DNA of 64,000 nt from Cytophagaceae bacterium (GTDB lineage Bacteria > Bacteroidota > Bacteroidia > Cytophagales > Spirosomataceae): assembly GCA_031383555.1 (NCBI GenBank), contig JANMZR010000159.1, positions 657-64,656 of the forward strand, given 5' to 3'. The notes under the pieces were generated by a model, which was not told where the DNA came from, searched no databases, and saw only the letters and a list, made by a program, of their open reading frames with translations. The position numbers and the translations under genes were made by a program. Shown here one piece after another: positions 10,153-18,888 of the stretch (positions are counted from its first letter, which is position 1; each line of letters starts with the position of its first letter).

Positions 10153-10161
10153 CTTTATTTG

Positions 10162-10235
10162 CGGTCTGGACGGGACTCGAACCCGCGACCCCATGCGTGA
10201 CAGGCATGTATTCTAACCAACTGAACTACCAAACC
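10162..10235 (-). tRNA. tRNA-Asp (anticodon GTC)
   Basis: The reverse complement folds by hand into a 74-nt cloverleaf. Acceptor stem is GGTTTGG/CCAGACC, D-arm GTTC..GAAT, and anticodon stem CATGC/GCATG with loop CTGTCAC (GTC). T-arm is GCGGG-TTCGAGT-CCCGT and the discriminator is G. CCA is not encoded. Confidence 0.95.
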
Positions 10236-10567
10236 ATTTTTTACTTTATTACTTTACTTAAATAGTTCCGTTTCTGTAAAAAGTGATGCAAAATTAGCTT
10301 ATTTATGCTGGAATACAAAATGTAAACTTAAAATTGTCCATAATAATTTATATTTTAATTTAAATATGCTATAAATTTAATATTTAAAATAGCAATTGTT
10401 AAAAAAGGCTTCTTCATATTTTAATGTGATAAGAAGGTTATACTACACAATTAAGCAATAATTTGAATATTTTCAAAATTATAAAATCAATCATAAGTTT
10501 TTAATCCGTTCAAATCGCTAGATATTTGAATACCCTTTTAAATTGTCAAACTAGATTTTACCTTTCA

Positions 10568-11920
10568 CTAAACTAACTCAAAATATCTCCTCATTTCCCA
10601 GTCTGTAACTGCTTTACTATATTGCAGCCATTCCCATTCACGGGTTCCAGAAAAATGCTCGACAAATGCTTCTCCTAGTATTTCATTGGCAATTTTTGAA
10701 TCTTTCATCAAATTAGTAGCATCTATTAGGTTTTTTGAAAGTCGGCCATTGCTTTCATTCAAGTATCCATTGCCTATGGTTTGATTCTGAGTTAATTGCA
10801 AGTTATTTTTTATGCCATATAGGCCTGCTGCTAGGCAAGCTGCCATTGCCAAATAAGGGTTTGTATCGGCTCCAATTATTCTAGTTTCCAGCCGGCAAGA
10901 TTGCTTTCCTGCAGTAAGCGCACGTAAGGCTACTGTACGATTATCCACCCCCCAAGTAAGTGTGGTTGGTGCCCAAGCACCTTCTACAAGCCTTTTAAAT
11001 GAATTTATAGTAGGGGCTATCATCGGTAATATTTGTGGCAAAACTAACAGCTGGCCAGCGATATAGCTTTTCATCAAATCGCTGATATTATTTAATTTTT
11101 CACCATCAAAAAATATATTGGAATTACCGTTCCAAATACTTTGATGCACATGTCCCCCACAACCGGGTAGGTTTTCAGAGATTTTAGCCATAAAAGTTGC
11201 CATTATCCCGTGTTTATAGGCTATTTCTTTTACTGACGTTTTGAACAAAACTGCTCTATCAGCTGATTCCATGACGTCACCAAATTTTATAGCTGCTTCG
11301 TAAGTGCCAGGGCCAGTTTCGGTATGTAAACCCTCAATAGGTACATCAAATTTGGTTAATAATTCGAACAAATCAGTAAAGAAAGGATTTTCCAAGCTCG
11401 ACCGTAAAATAGAATAGCCAAACATACCCGGTGTAAGTGGCATTAAATTTCGATATCCTTTTACTTCGGCCGTTTGCGGTGTTTCTCGGAAATTAAACCA
11501 TTCAAATTCTTGAGAAACTTTGGCTGTAAATCCCTCTTTTTCAAGGTCTTGGTTTACTTTTTTTAGTAGTTGTCTGGGGCAGACTGAGCTTGGTTCATCC
11601 TTTTTATTAATAAAATCGGCAAGGAAAAATGGAAGGTCATTTTCCCAAGGAATTTTACGGAAAGTATTTAAATCAACTATTGCTTTTGCATCAGGGTAAC
11701 CAGTATGCCAACCTGTATATTGTGAATTTCCATAAGCCAAATCTGCCATATCCCAGCCGAAAACAACATCGCAAAAACCAAAAGAATTATCATAAAAGGA
11801 AAGAAATTTTTCAGTAGAAACATATTTTCCACGTAAAATTCCATCAATATCTGTTATGGCCAACTTTACCTTTCCTGCCGGGTGGTATTTTATGTAATCA
11901 ATTATTTCATTTGGCTTCAT
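10568..11920 (-). CDS. Glutamine synthetase family protein (type I-like, gamma-glutamyl-amine synthetase/PuuA-like)
   Basis: GS catalytic-domain motifs 'GLHTETGPGTYE', 'KISENLPGCGGHVHQS' and 'NSFKRLV.G.WAP' are present. The protein is 450 aa. Confidence 0.85.
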   Translation of the reverse strand: MKPNEIIDYIKYHPAGKVKLAITDIDGILRGKYVSTEKFLSFYDNSFGFCDVVFGWDMADLAYGNSQYTGWHTGYPDAKAIVDLNTFRKIPWENDLPFFLADFINKKDEPSSVCPRQLLKKVNQDLEKEGFTAKVSQEFEWFNFRETPQTAEVKGYRNLMPLTPGMFGYSILRSSLENPFFTDLFELLTKFDVPIEGLHTETGPGTYEAAIKFGDVMESADRAVLFKTSVKEIAYKHGIMATFMAKISENLPGCGGHVHQSIWNGNSNIFFDGEKLNNISDLMKSYIAGQLLVLPQILPMIAPTINSFKRLVEGAWAPTTLTWGVDNRTVALRALTAGKQSCRLETRIIGADTNPYLAMAACLAAGLYGIKNNLQLTQNQTIGNGYLNESNGRLSKNLIDATNLMKDSKIANEILGEAFVEHFSGTREWEWLQYSKAVTDWEMRRYFELV

Positions 11921-11962
11921 AAGGTTGATAGTTTATACATTTTTTTTTACAAAACTATAGTG

Positions 11963-13261
11963 TTATTGAAATTTATAGAACATTCTGAATAAAACATAGC
12001 TAATAACTAATATAGCTATAAATATTCCTGCTAATAAAACATTGGATATTATCATTGCAAAAAAGCAAAATAGGCAAATAATTAATGCCAATATTGGCAT
12101 TAATGGGTAAAATTGCACTTTGAAAGGTCTTGGTAAAGTAGGCTCTTTTTTTCTTAATTGTAAAAGTGAGGCCATAGACAAAATATAAAGTGTAAGTAAG
12201 CCGAAAACAGCCAAAGTTATTATCTGGCCGGTTTTTCCTGAAATAATAATAATAATACCAATTATTGAATTGAGTATGAGAGCGTTGCTCGGTGTTTTAA
12301 ATTTATGGCTTATTTGACTGAATACTTTTGGACCAAAACCAATTCTGCTCATCTCAAAAGTAGCTCGGCCTCCCGCTAACAAGCCTCCATGAAACGAAGC
12401 TACCAAACCTAATATACTTACATATAATATAAAATAATATAGCCAATGAGTGTTGCCATATATCAATTGCAAAGCAAGCGGGAGTGGTGAATCGGAAACC
12501 TCATTTTGACTATTGAATACTATTTTTTCCCAACCCCCAACCCCTATGGAAAATATAAATGTAACAATACATAAAAATATCAAAGTAATTATTGAATAAT
12601 TAAAGCCTTTACTAAGGTCTTTCGCAGGATTTGACGATTCCTCAGCAACATTGGCCAAACCTTCAATTCCTAAAAAAAACCAAATTGCAAACGGAAGAGC
12701 ACCAACTATTCCATGGACTCCATTGATGGAAGGTTTTATTGAAAGGTTTTCTAATTTGAAAAAATGCATGGCCACAAAAGCGAAAACCAACAAACCAATT
12801 ACAGCAATTATGGTGATCACAATTTCAAATGAAGCAGCCGTTTTTACTCCAATAATATTTATACTTGTAAATATTATATAAACAGCGATAGTTGAGTGCA
12901 TTACAGGAAATTGGGGGAAAGCTAAATGCAAATTTGTGGCTACACCTAAAGCGATGGCTGGTGGGCCAAATAGGTATAAAATTACTTGGGAGATTCCAGC
13001 AATGAAACCAATCTTTTTACCAAATGCCCTTACTGTAAAATCGAAACCACCCCCCGCTTTTGGTATTGCACATGCTAGCTCGGCATAAGAATAACTAAAG
13101 CAAATGTACATGATAATGATTAATAATGTAGCAATGCCCATGCCAATGGTCCCTCCTTTTTCTAAGCCCAAATTCCAGCCAAAATACATTCCTGATATTA
13201 CATTGCCCACTCCAATGCCCCAAAGTAATAGCGGTGAAAGGCTTTTTTTAAGATGATCCAT
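11963..13261 (-). CDS. APC-superfamily amino acid/amine permease (ethanolamine-permease-like)
   Basis: About 12 TM segments. 'YAELACAIPKAGGGF' is the APC signature region. It lies directly downstream of the GS-like gene. Confidence 0.8.
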   Translation of the reverse strand: MDHLKKSLSPLLLWGIGVGNVISGMYFGWNLGLEKGGTIGMGIATLLIIIMYICFSYSYAELACAIPKAGGGFDFTVRAFGKKIGFIAGISQVILYLFGPPAIALGVATNLHLAFPQFPVMHSTIAVYIIFTSINIIGVKTAASFEIVITIIAVIGLLVFAFVAMHFFKLENLSIKPSINGVHGIVGALPFAIWFFLGIEGLANVAEESSNPAKDLSKGFNYSIITLIFLCIVTFIFSIGVGGWEKIVFNSQNEVSDSPLPLALQLIYGNTHWLYYFILYVSILGLVASFHGGLLAGGRATFEMSRIGFGPKVFSQISHKFKTPSNALILNSIIGIIIIISGKTGQIITLAVFGLLTLYILSMASLLQLRKKEPTLPRPFKVQFYPLMPILALIICLFCFFAMIISNVLLAGIFIAILVISYVLFRMFYKFQ

Positions 13262-13291
13262 TAATGAAAATAAGGGAGAAAATTTATACTA

Positions 13292-13891
13292 TTACCCAAA
13301 TATCGCCGAATCTTTTATCAAAAACAAAGCCATGCCAGCAATAAATCCTGAAAGAGCTAATTTCAAGTCATGGTGCTTTATTTTAAAAATAGTTATAAGA
13401 ATGGTTGAAACTATTATTGAAATGGTAACTATTACCAATTGGCCAATTTCCAAGCCAATGTTAAATGCGAATAATGGCTTTATGATGTTTTCTTCAAAAC
13501 CTAAAAGGCTTCTCAGGTAATTAGAAAAACCAAGCCCATGTATTAAACCAAAAAATAAGGCAATAAAATACCGAAAATTATTATAATTCTGCTGTTTGAG
13601 TGGTTTTCTTTCTGGTATTTTATAAAAAAAATTAAAAATACAGGTTAGTAAAATTGTAACTGGAATCAAAAATTCAATGAATTTTGAATTGAGTTTTATA
13701 ATATTTAATGTTGCTAAAGCAAGTGTAACTGTATGGCCAATGGTAAAGGCCGTAACCAATAAGATAATCTTTCGCCATTCTGATATTTTATAAATGGCAC
13801 ATAATGCTAAAATAAACAAAATATGGTCAAGCCCATTAATATCGGTGATATGTTGAAAGCCAAGTTTCAGATAAATTGTAAAATCAGACAT
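13292..13891 (-). CDS. HupE/UreJ family membrane protein (putative Ni/Co transporter family)
   Basis: 'GFQHI....GLDHILFILAL' and 'FTIGHTVTLAL' are HupE/UreJ motifs. I prefer the ATG at 13891 (MSDFTIYLKLGF...). The 24-codon extension to 13963 overlaps a palindrome and looks non-coding. Confidence 0.75.
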   Translation of the reverse strand: MSDFTIYLKLGFQHITDINGLDHILFILALCAIYKISEWRKIILLVTAFTIGHTVTLALATLNIIKLNSKFIEFLIPVTILLTCIFNFFYKIPERKPLKQQNYNNFRYFIALFFGLIHGLGFSNYLRSLLGFEENIIKPLFAFNIGLEIGQLVIVTISIIVSTILITIFKIKHHDLKLALSGFIAGMALFLIKDSAIFG

Positions 13892-13952
13892 TATAAAAAT
13901 AAATTTTAGGTTAGGGGTAGAATAGCACGTCTGTATGTTTTGATTTTCAATA

Positions 13953-13984
13953 TGTAGGAACACGCTTTTATTCGTGTTTCTACA
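13953..13984. repeat. 12-bp-arm inverted repeat (tgtaggaacacg-N8-cgtgtttctaca) upstream of hupE
   Basis: Read directly from the sequence, with one G/A difference between the arms. It lies 62-93 nt upstream of the preferred hupE start. Two direct copies of ttctaca(a)taagg follow at 13978-13990 and 13995-14006. Confidence 0.6.
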
Positions 13985-14173
13985 ATAAGGCGAGTTCTAC
14001 ATAAGGTTGTGCGCCAAAATCACAAAAATATAAAAAGAAGAATGAACAAACTTTCCTGCCTTAATTACGATATTCTTAAATTTTAATTTTCAAAAAAAGT
14101 GCTATTCCCTGTAATTTTAAGTCAATTTATTTTTTGGTTTAATGGAAAATATTTTTCGTTTATTTTTCAAAAC

Positions 14174-14593
14174 TTAAAATTGTTCCAATTTCGAGAAGAA
14201 AAAAGAACCTTCTATTTCAGCATTATCATCAGAGTCGGAACCATGAATAGCATTGGCTTCTATTGATTTGGCAAATATTTTCCTAATTGTTCCATCCTCC
14301 GCTTGTGCTGGATTGGTGGCACCAATCAATTTTCTGAATTCAGCGACGGCGTTTTCTTTTTCTAAAATCATAGGCACAATTGGCCCTGAACTCATATAAT
14401 CACATAAACTTGTATAAAATGGCCGCTCTGAATGAATAGCATAAAACTTACCTGCAGAAGATGGTGAAAGTTGAGTCCGCTTCATTGAAACTATTGAAAA
14501 GCCCGCCTCTTCAATCATCTTTATTATTGCTCCTGTGTTTCCGGCTTCGGTTGCATCCGGTTTTATCATGGTAAATGTTCTTTTAGTCGACAT
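14174..14593 (-). CDS. ndk: Nucleoside diphosphate kinase
   Basis: 'RTFTMIKPDA' and 'NAIHGSDS' (active-site His) motifs, 139 aa. Confidence 0.95.
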   Translation of the reverse strand: MSTKRTFTMIKPDATEAGNTGAIIKMIEEAGFSIVSMKRTQLSPSSAGKFYAIHSERPFYTSLCDYMSSGPIVPMILEKENAVAEFRKLIGATNPAQAEDGTIRKIFAKSIEANAIHGSDSDDNAEIEGSFFFSKLEQF

Positions 14594-14664
14594 ATTTTTT
14601 AATTGTTAATCTTTATTTACAAACTGTTATGTAAGTACGAATTCATTTTTAAAATTTCAGCCTG

Positions 14665-14672
14665 CAAAATTA
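14665..14672 (-). promoter_or_regulatory. -7 box (TAATTTTG on the minus strand) for ndk
   Basis: The plus strand reads caaaatta. The box is 72 nt upstream of the ndk ATG at 14593. Confidence 0.4.
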
Positions 14673-14715
14673 ATATAAAATAGCCTTATTGCCTAACCAA
14701 TCTTTAATAATTCCC

Positions 14716-14745
14716 TTGATTATTCAGTGCTTTTATCTAATTTTG
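14716..14745 (+). promoter_or_regulatory. -33 TTG / -7 TAATTTTG promoter for the DHH phosphoesterase gene
   Basis: TTG at 14716-14718, a 19-nt spacer, then TAATTTTG at 14738-14745. It lies about 90 nt upstream of the ATG at 14836. Confidence 0.45.
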
Positions 14746-14835
14746 CAATTCTATTTTAAGAATTGGCTAGAATATAATTAATTTGAAACTATTTTACCTG
14801 TTTAAAATAAAAATAGAAAGCTCATTATCAAGTAC

Positions 14836-15858
14836 ATGCACAATTTTAAGGAGTTTCAAGAATTAATTAGCACCCCACAAAATGTGGTTATTACTACCCA
14901 TTTTAAACCGGACGCCGATGCACTTGGATCATCTTTGGCATTAGCTGGATTTTTGAAAAAATTAGGTCATCAAATTACTGTAATTACTCCCTCAGACTAT
15001 CCAGATTTTCTTAGTTGGATGCAAGGAAATGATGAAGTTATGGTTTATGAAAAAGGCAAAACTGATTATAATGTAAAAAACTTAATAAGAGATGCCAATA
15101 TTATAATTTGCTTAGACTTTTCTGCATTATCTCGTATAAACGAATTAGAAAAACCAGTTGAACAATCAAAGGCAAAAAAGGTAATGATTGATCACCATAC
15201 TAATCCTGAACATTTCGCTGATTTTGAATTTCATAACACAAAAGCAGCTTCAACAACAGAGCTTATTTATAATTTGATTGAAGATCTTGGTAAAAAAAAC
15301 TTAATTGATACAGATATTGGAGCGTGTATTTATGCTGGATTAATGACCGATACGGGTTCTTTTAGGCATCCAAGTACAACCTCAAGAGTACACCAAATCG
15401 CTGGTGAATTAATTGACCTTGGAGTAAATACAAATAAAGTTCATAGGTTAATATTCGATAGTAATACAGAAGATCGATTAAAGTTTTTAGGTTTCATGTT
15501 ATCTGAAAAATTAAAAGTCTTGCCAGAATACAGGGTTGCTTATTTTACTGTAACAAATGAAGAATTACGACGATTTAACTCGCAAACAGGTGATACTGAG
15601 GGAATTGTAAACTACGCATTAACTTTAAAAGGGATATCGATGGCTGCAATAATAGTTGAGAGGCCAGAAGCTATAAAAATGTCATTTCGATCAATTGAGT
15701 CTGTAGCTGTAAATGATATTGCAGCTACTTATTTTAACGGCGGTGGGCATAGAAATGCATCTGGTGGCAAAACGGAGGGTATTGGACTGGCAGCAACTGA
15801 ATCAAAATTTCTTGAAATATTACCAATTTATAAAGAAAGATTTTTAGAAAATAATTAA
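14836..15858 (+). CDS. nrnA: DHH/DHHA1 phosphoesterase (NrnA-like oligoribonuclease/pAp phosphatase)
   Basis: 'HFKPDADALGS', 'IDHH', 'TDTGSFRH' and the C-terminal 'GGGHRNASGG' are DHH and DHHA1 motifs. Confidence 0.8.
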   Translation: MHNFKEFQELISTPQNVVITTHFKPDADALGSSLALAGFLKKLGHQITVITPSDYPDFLSWMQGNDEVMVYEKGKTDYNVKNLIRDANIIICLDFSALSRINELEKPVEQSKAKKVMIDHHTNPEHFADFEFHNTKAASTTELIYNLIEDLGKKNLIDTDIGACIYAGLMTDTGSFRHPSTTSRVHQIAGELIDLGVNTNKVHRLIFDSNTEDRLKFLGFMLSEKLKVLPEYRVAYFTVTNEELRRFNSQTGDTEGIVNYALTLKGISMAAIIVERPEAIKMSFRSIESVAVNDIAATYFNGGGHRNASGGKTEGIGLAATESKFLEILPIYKERFLENN

Positions 15859-15921
15859 AAAAAACGTATAAAATTAAGTAATAATCGTGCGGGCGGTCCC
15901 GTATTCAAAATCAAAAATTCA

Positions 15922-16761
15922 ATGTTTAAAAAAATCAGCCTATTTGCAGTTTCAATATTATTTTTAGCTGCTTGTAATTCAAATAGAGTAGAAACAAAAG
16001 ATGGTCTAAAATTTCAATTTCATGAGCAAGTCGACAAAAGAAAATTGGCTAAAATGGGAGACATTATGACTTTTCATTTGAAACTAAAAAACTCAAAAGA
16101 TTCAGTCCTTAAAAATTCATACTTGGAAGGTGCTCCAGTAGTAGCACAGGTTCAAAAAGCTCAATTTAAAGGTGCTTTTGAGCAAGGTTTACTTTTATTG
16201 GCAAAAGGGGATAGCGCAACATTTTTTGTGCCAGTTGATTCTCTTTTTAAAGGGTATCCTCAATTGCCACCCGTATTTACAAAGGGCACAGATGTTCGAT
16301 TTACAGTTAGAGTGATAGATGTACAAACAGAGGCTGAATTTCAAGTGAGCCGAACAAAAAACGGTGAAAAGCAAAAAACTACAGACGCAGGAGTAATTGC
16401 AGCTTATATTACGAAAAATAATTTGACTAATGTCCAGAAAACTGAATCGGGTTTAAACTTCGTAGTAACTACAATTGGTAATGGGCCACAAGTTACTGCT
16501 GGTGACTCAATTACGGTAAAATATACAGGAAAATTAAGCTCTGGAAAAGTATTTGAATCAAACGTATTTCCGTTACAAGTTGGTCGTGGTATGGTTATAC
16601 CAGGTTGGGACGAAGGCCTACAAAAATTCAAACAAGGTGGAAAAGGTACTCTTTTGATACCTTCAGGCTTAGGTTATGGCGATCAAGGTAATCCTACAAT
16701 TCCTGCCAATTCAGTACTGGTGTTTGATGTGGAAATATTGACAGTTAAAAAAGGAAAATAA
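15922..16761 (+). CDS. FKBP-type peptidyl-prolyl cis-trans isomerase, lipoprotein
   Basis: N-terminal 'LFLAACNS' lipobox. C-terminal 'VKYTGKL.SGKVFES', 'GMVIPGWDEGL' and 'IPANSVLVFDVEIL' form the FKBP core. Confidence 0.85.
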   Translation: MFKKISLFAVSILFLAACNSNRVETKDGLKFQFHEQVDKRKLAKMGDIMTFHLKLKNSKDSVLKNSYLEGAPVVAQVQKAQFKGAFEQGLLLLAKGDSATFFVPVDSLFKGYPQLPPVFTKGTDVRFTVRVIDVQTEAEFQVSRTKNGEKQKTTDAGVIAAYITKNNLTNVQKTESGLNFVVTTIGNGPQVTAGDSITVKYTGKLSSGKVFESNVFPLQVGRGMVIPGWDEGLQKFKQGGKGTLLIPSGLGYGDQGNPTIPANSVLVFDVEILTVKKGK

Positions 16762-16827
16762 TTTAGCCCGTAATTTTTTAATTAAAACCCCAACCTTTTC
16801 CTAGGGAGAAGGGCTTTCATAACCAAT

Positions 16828-17574
16828 ATGGCATTACAAGAAGAATTTGAAGAGCAAGGTAATTTTCTGTTTAAATACCGAACGTATTTGCCATTATTGG
16901 TTTTGTTTGGAGGGTTAATAATATTCTATTTTCAGAAGCGGAACTACACATTTATTGACTTAGGTCAAAATTATTGGTATTTCGCTTTAATAGTTGGCTT
17001 AATAGGCTTATTTATAAGAATTTACACGGTTGGACATACCCCTGAAAATACCTCAGGGCGCAATACAACTGGTGGCCAATTAGCCGATCAGCTAAACCAA
17101 ACAGGCATTTATTCATTAGTTCGACACCCTCTATATTTAGGCAATTTTTTAATGTGGTTGGCAATCGCTTTAATAACAGCGAATAATGCTTATATTATTG
17201 GATTTATATTGGCTTATTGGCTTTATTATGAAAGAATTATGTACGCTGAAGAGCAATTTTTGAGGGGTAAATTTGGAAAGTCATATACCGATTGGGCTAC
17301 AGATGTGCCAGCTTTTATTCCAAAACTCTCAGGATTTGTTACTCCGAAATACGCTTTTAGTATAAAAAAAGTTTTGAAAAAAGAGAAGAATGGCGTTGCT
17401 GCCCTCTTTGGCCTTTTTTGGCTATTTGAAATAGTTGGCAACTATGCTGAATCAGGGAATTTAGAATTAAAAAGGACATTTTGGTTTTGGGCTTTTGCCG
17501 TTTCAGCAATTATTTATATTGTTTTGAAATTGATAAAATCAAATACTAAAATATTGGATGAAGTAGGTAGGTAG
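16828..17574 (+). CDS. Isoprenylcysteine carboxyl methyltransferase (ICMT/PEMT) family membrane protein
   Basis: Multi-TM protein with the 'GIYSLVRHPLYLGNFLMW' signature of ICMT/phospholipid methyltransferase families. Confidence 0.7.
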   Translation: MALQEEFEEQGNFLFKYRTYLPLLVLFGGLIIFYFQKRNYTFIDLGQNYWYFALIVGLIGLFIRIYTVGHTPENTSGRNTTGGQLADQLNQTGIYSLVRHPLYLGNFLMWLAIALITANNAYIIGFILAYWLYYERIMYAEEQFLRGKFGKSYTDWATDVPAFIPKLSGFVTPKYAFSIKKVLKKEKNGVAALFGLFWLFEIVGNYAESGNLELKRTFWFWAFAVSAIIYIVLKLIKSNTKILDEVGR

Positions 17575-17974
17575 GGCAAAATTACTATCCTAATGAACCA
17601 ATCAAACGAAAAACATTAATCCAATCAAAATCCCATAGCAGATTAAACTCTCTATTTATTAAATACTTGTCTAAATTGCCCGGTTCTACAACCACTTTTC
17701 CGATAAATACATGATATTTCATTATGAAAAACCAACGTTGTAGAAGCACTTCTTTGAGAAGAGATATTTTGAGGAGTGCAAATAATAAATAATTAAGCTT
17801 GTTGTTTAGGTTTATTCGTTAAAATTCAATGGGGTATGACTATTTTTTATAGTAATATATTAAAAATTTGAAACTAAAATTGAATGAATGGTCATTTGAG
17901 TTTTTCACCAAAAATAAAATTATACCCTAAAATAATATTGGGTCCTTTAACAATCTTAAGATTCAATTTAGATC

Positions 17975-18781
17975 TTAAATCTGCTTAGCTTCTTCCCAAA
18001 AAACATCCATTTCAGCTAATGACATCTCTTGTAAAGTTTTTCCAGCTTCTTTGGCTCTCATTTCGATATGTTGAAATCGTTTTATGAATTTTTTATTGGT
18101 ACGTTCCAATGCGGTTTCAGGATTAATATCAATAAATCGTGAGAAATTAACCAAACTAAAAAGCAAATCTCCAAATTCGGCTTCAGCCTTTAGTTTATCA
18201 ATTGAGTGAAGGTTTGCTAGATTAAACTCAGCTTTAAACTCAGCCAATTCTTCTTCAACTTTTTCCCAAACCTGATGTTTTTCCTCCCAATCAAAGCCAG
18301 CTCCACGGGCTTTTTCTTGAATACGCATGGATTTTATAAGGGCAGGGAGTGAGGCAGGTACGCCTGATAGTGTTGATTTATTACCTTCTTTTATTTTGAG
18401 TGTTTCCCAATTTTGCTTTACTTGCTCTTCGGTTTCTGCCACAGTATCACTATAAATATGTGGGTGTCTGTTAATAAGTTTTTCACAAACAGCATTTAAC
18501 ACATCGCCAATATGAAATTGACATGTTTCGGAGGCAATTCGTGCATAAAACACCAAATGAAGCATAATATCACCCAACTCTTTTTTTATTTCAGGCAAAT
18601 CATTTTCAATAATTGCATCAGAGAGCTCGTAAGTTTCCTCTATTGTGAGATGGCGAAGGCTTTCCAAAGTTTGCTTTCTGTCCCAAGGGCATTGCTCACG
18701 AAGCTCGTCCATAATTGAGAGTAGGCGGTCAAAGGCTATTAATTTATCTTTTCTATCGCTTGTTAGTTTATCGAAATCCAT
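17975..18781 (-). CDS. mazG: Nucleoside triphosphate pyrophosphohydrolase MazG
   Basis: Tandem MazG domains: 'CPWDRKQT..SL....IEE.YE' and 'EELGD..', then the second repeat 'E.EFGDLLFSLVN.SR'. Confidence 0.9.
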   Translation of the reverse strand: MDFDKLTSDRKDKLIAFDRLLSIMDELREQCPWDRKQTLESLRHLTIEETYELSDAIIENDLPEIKKELGDIMLHLVFYARIASETCQFHIGDVLNAVCEKLINRHPHIYSDTVAETEEQVKQNWETLKIKEGNKSTLSGVPASLPALIKSMRIQEKARGAGFDWEEKHQVWEKVEEELAEFKAEFNLANLHSIDKLKAEAEFGDLLFSLVNFSRFIDINPETALERTNKKFIKRFQHIEMRAKEAGKTLQEMSLAEMDVFWEEAKQI

Positions 18782-18888
18782 TTTTTATAGTGAAGGAAAA
18801 AAAATAATGAGACACAAATATCTCATTGTAATTAATTTATTGCCGTAGAAATAAGGCATATGGAATTTGTTACTATTTTAGCTTTTGT

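Noticed and set aside
9692-10161. Search for an att-type partial duplication of the tRNA-Asp 3' end, or an integrase, that would indicate an integrated element.
   Set aside because: Only a 7-nt coincidence (gggttcg) with the T-arm was found. No integrase, transposase or phage-like genes occur on either side. Flanking genes are housekeeping.
10003-10200. 65-aa plus-strand ORF from the supplied track.
   Set aside because: Its 3' part is the antisense of tRNA-Asp (…SGRDSNPRPHA is the T-arm read as protein). The rest is AT-rich spacer. It is an artefact of ORF calling.
13892-13963. N-terminal 24-codon extension of the HupE/UreJ ORF (MFLHIENQNIQTCYSTPNLKFIFI).
   Set aside because: It is not hydrophobic or signal-like, and it runs into the 12-bp-arm palindrome. 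The conserved HupE N-terminus begins at the ATG at 13891.
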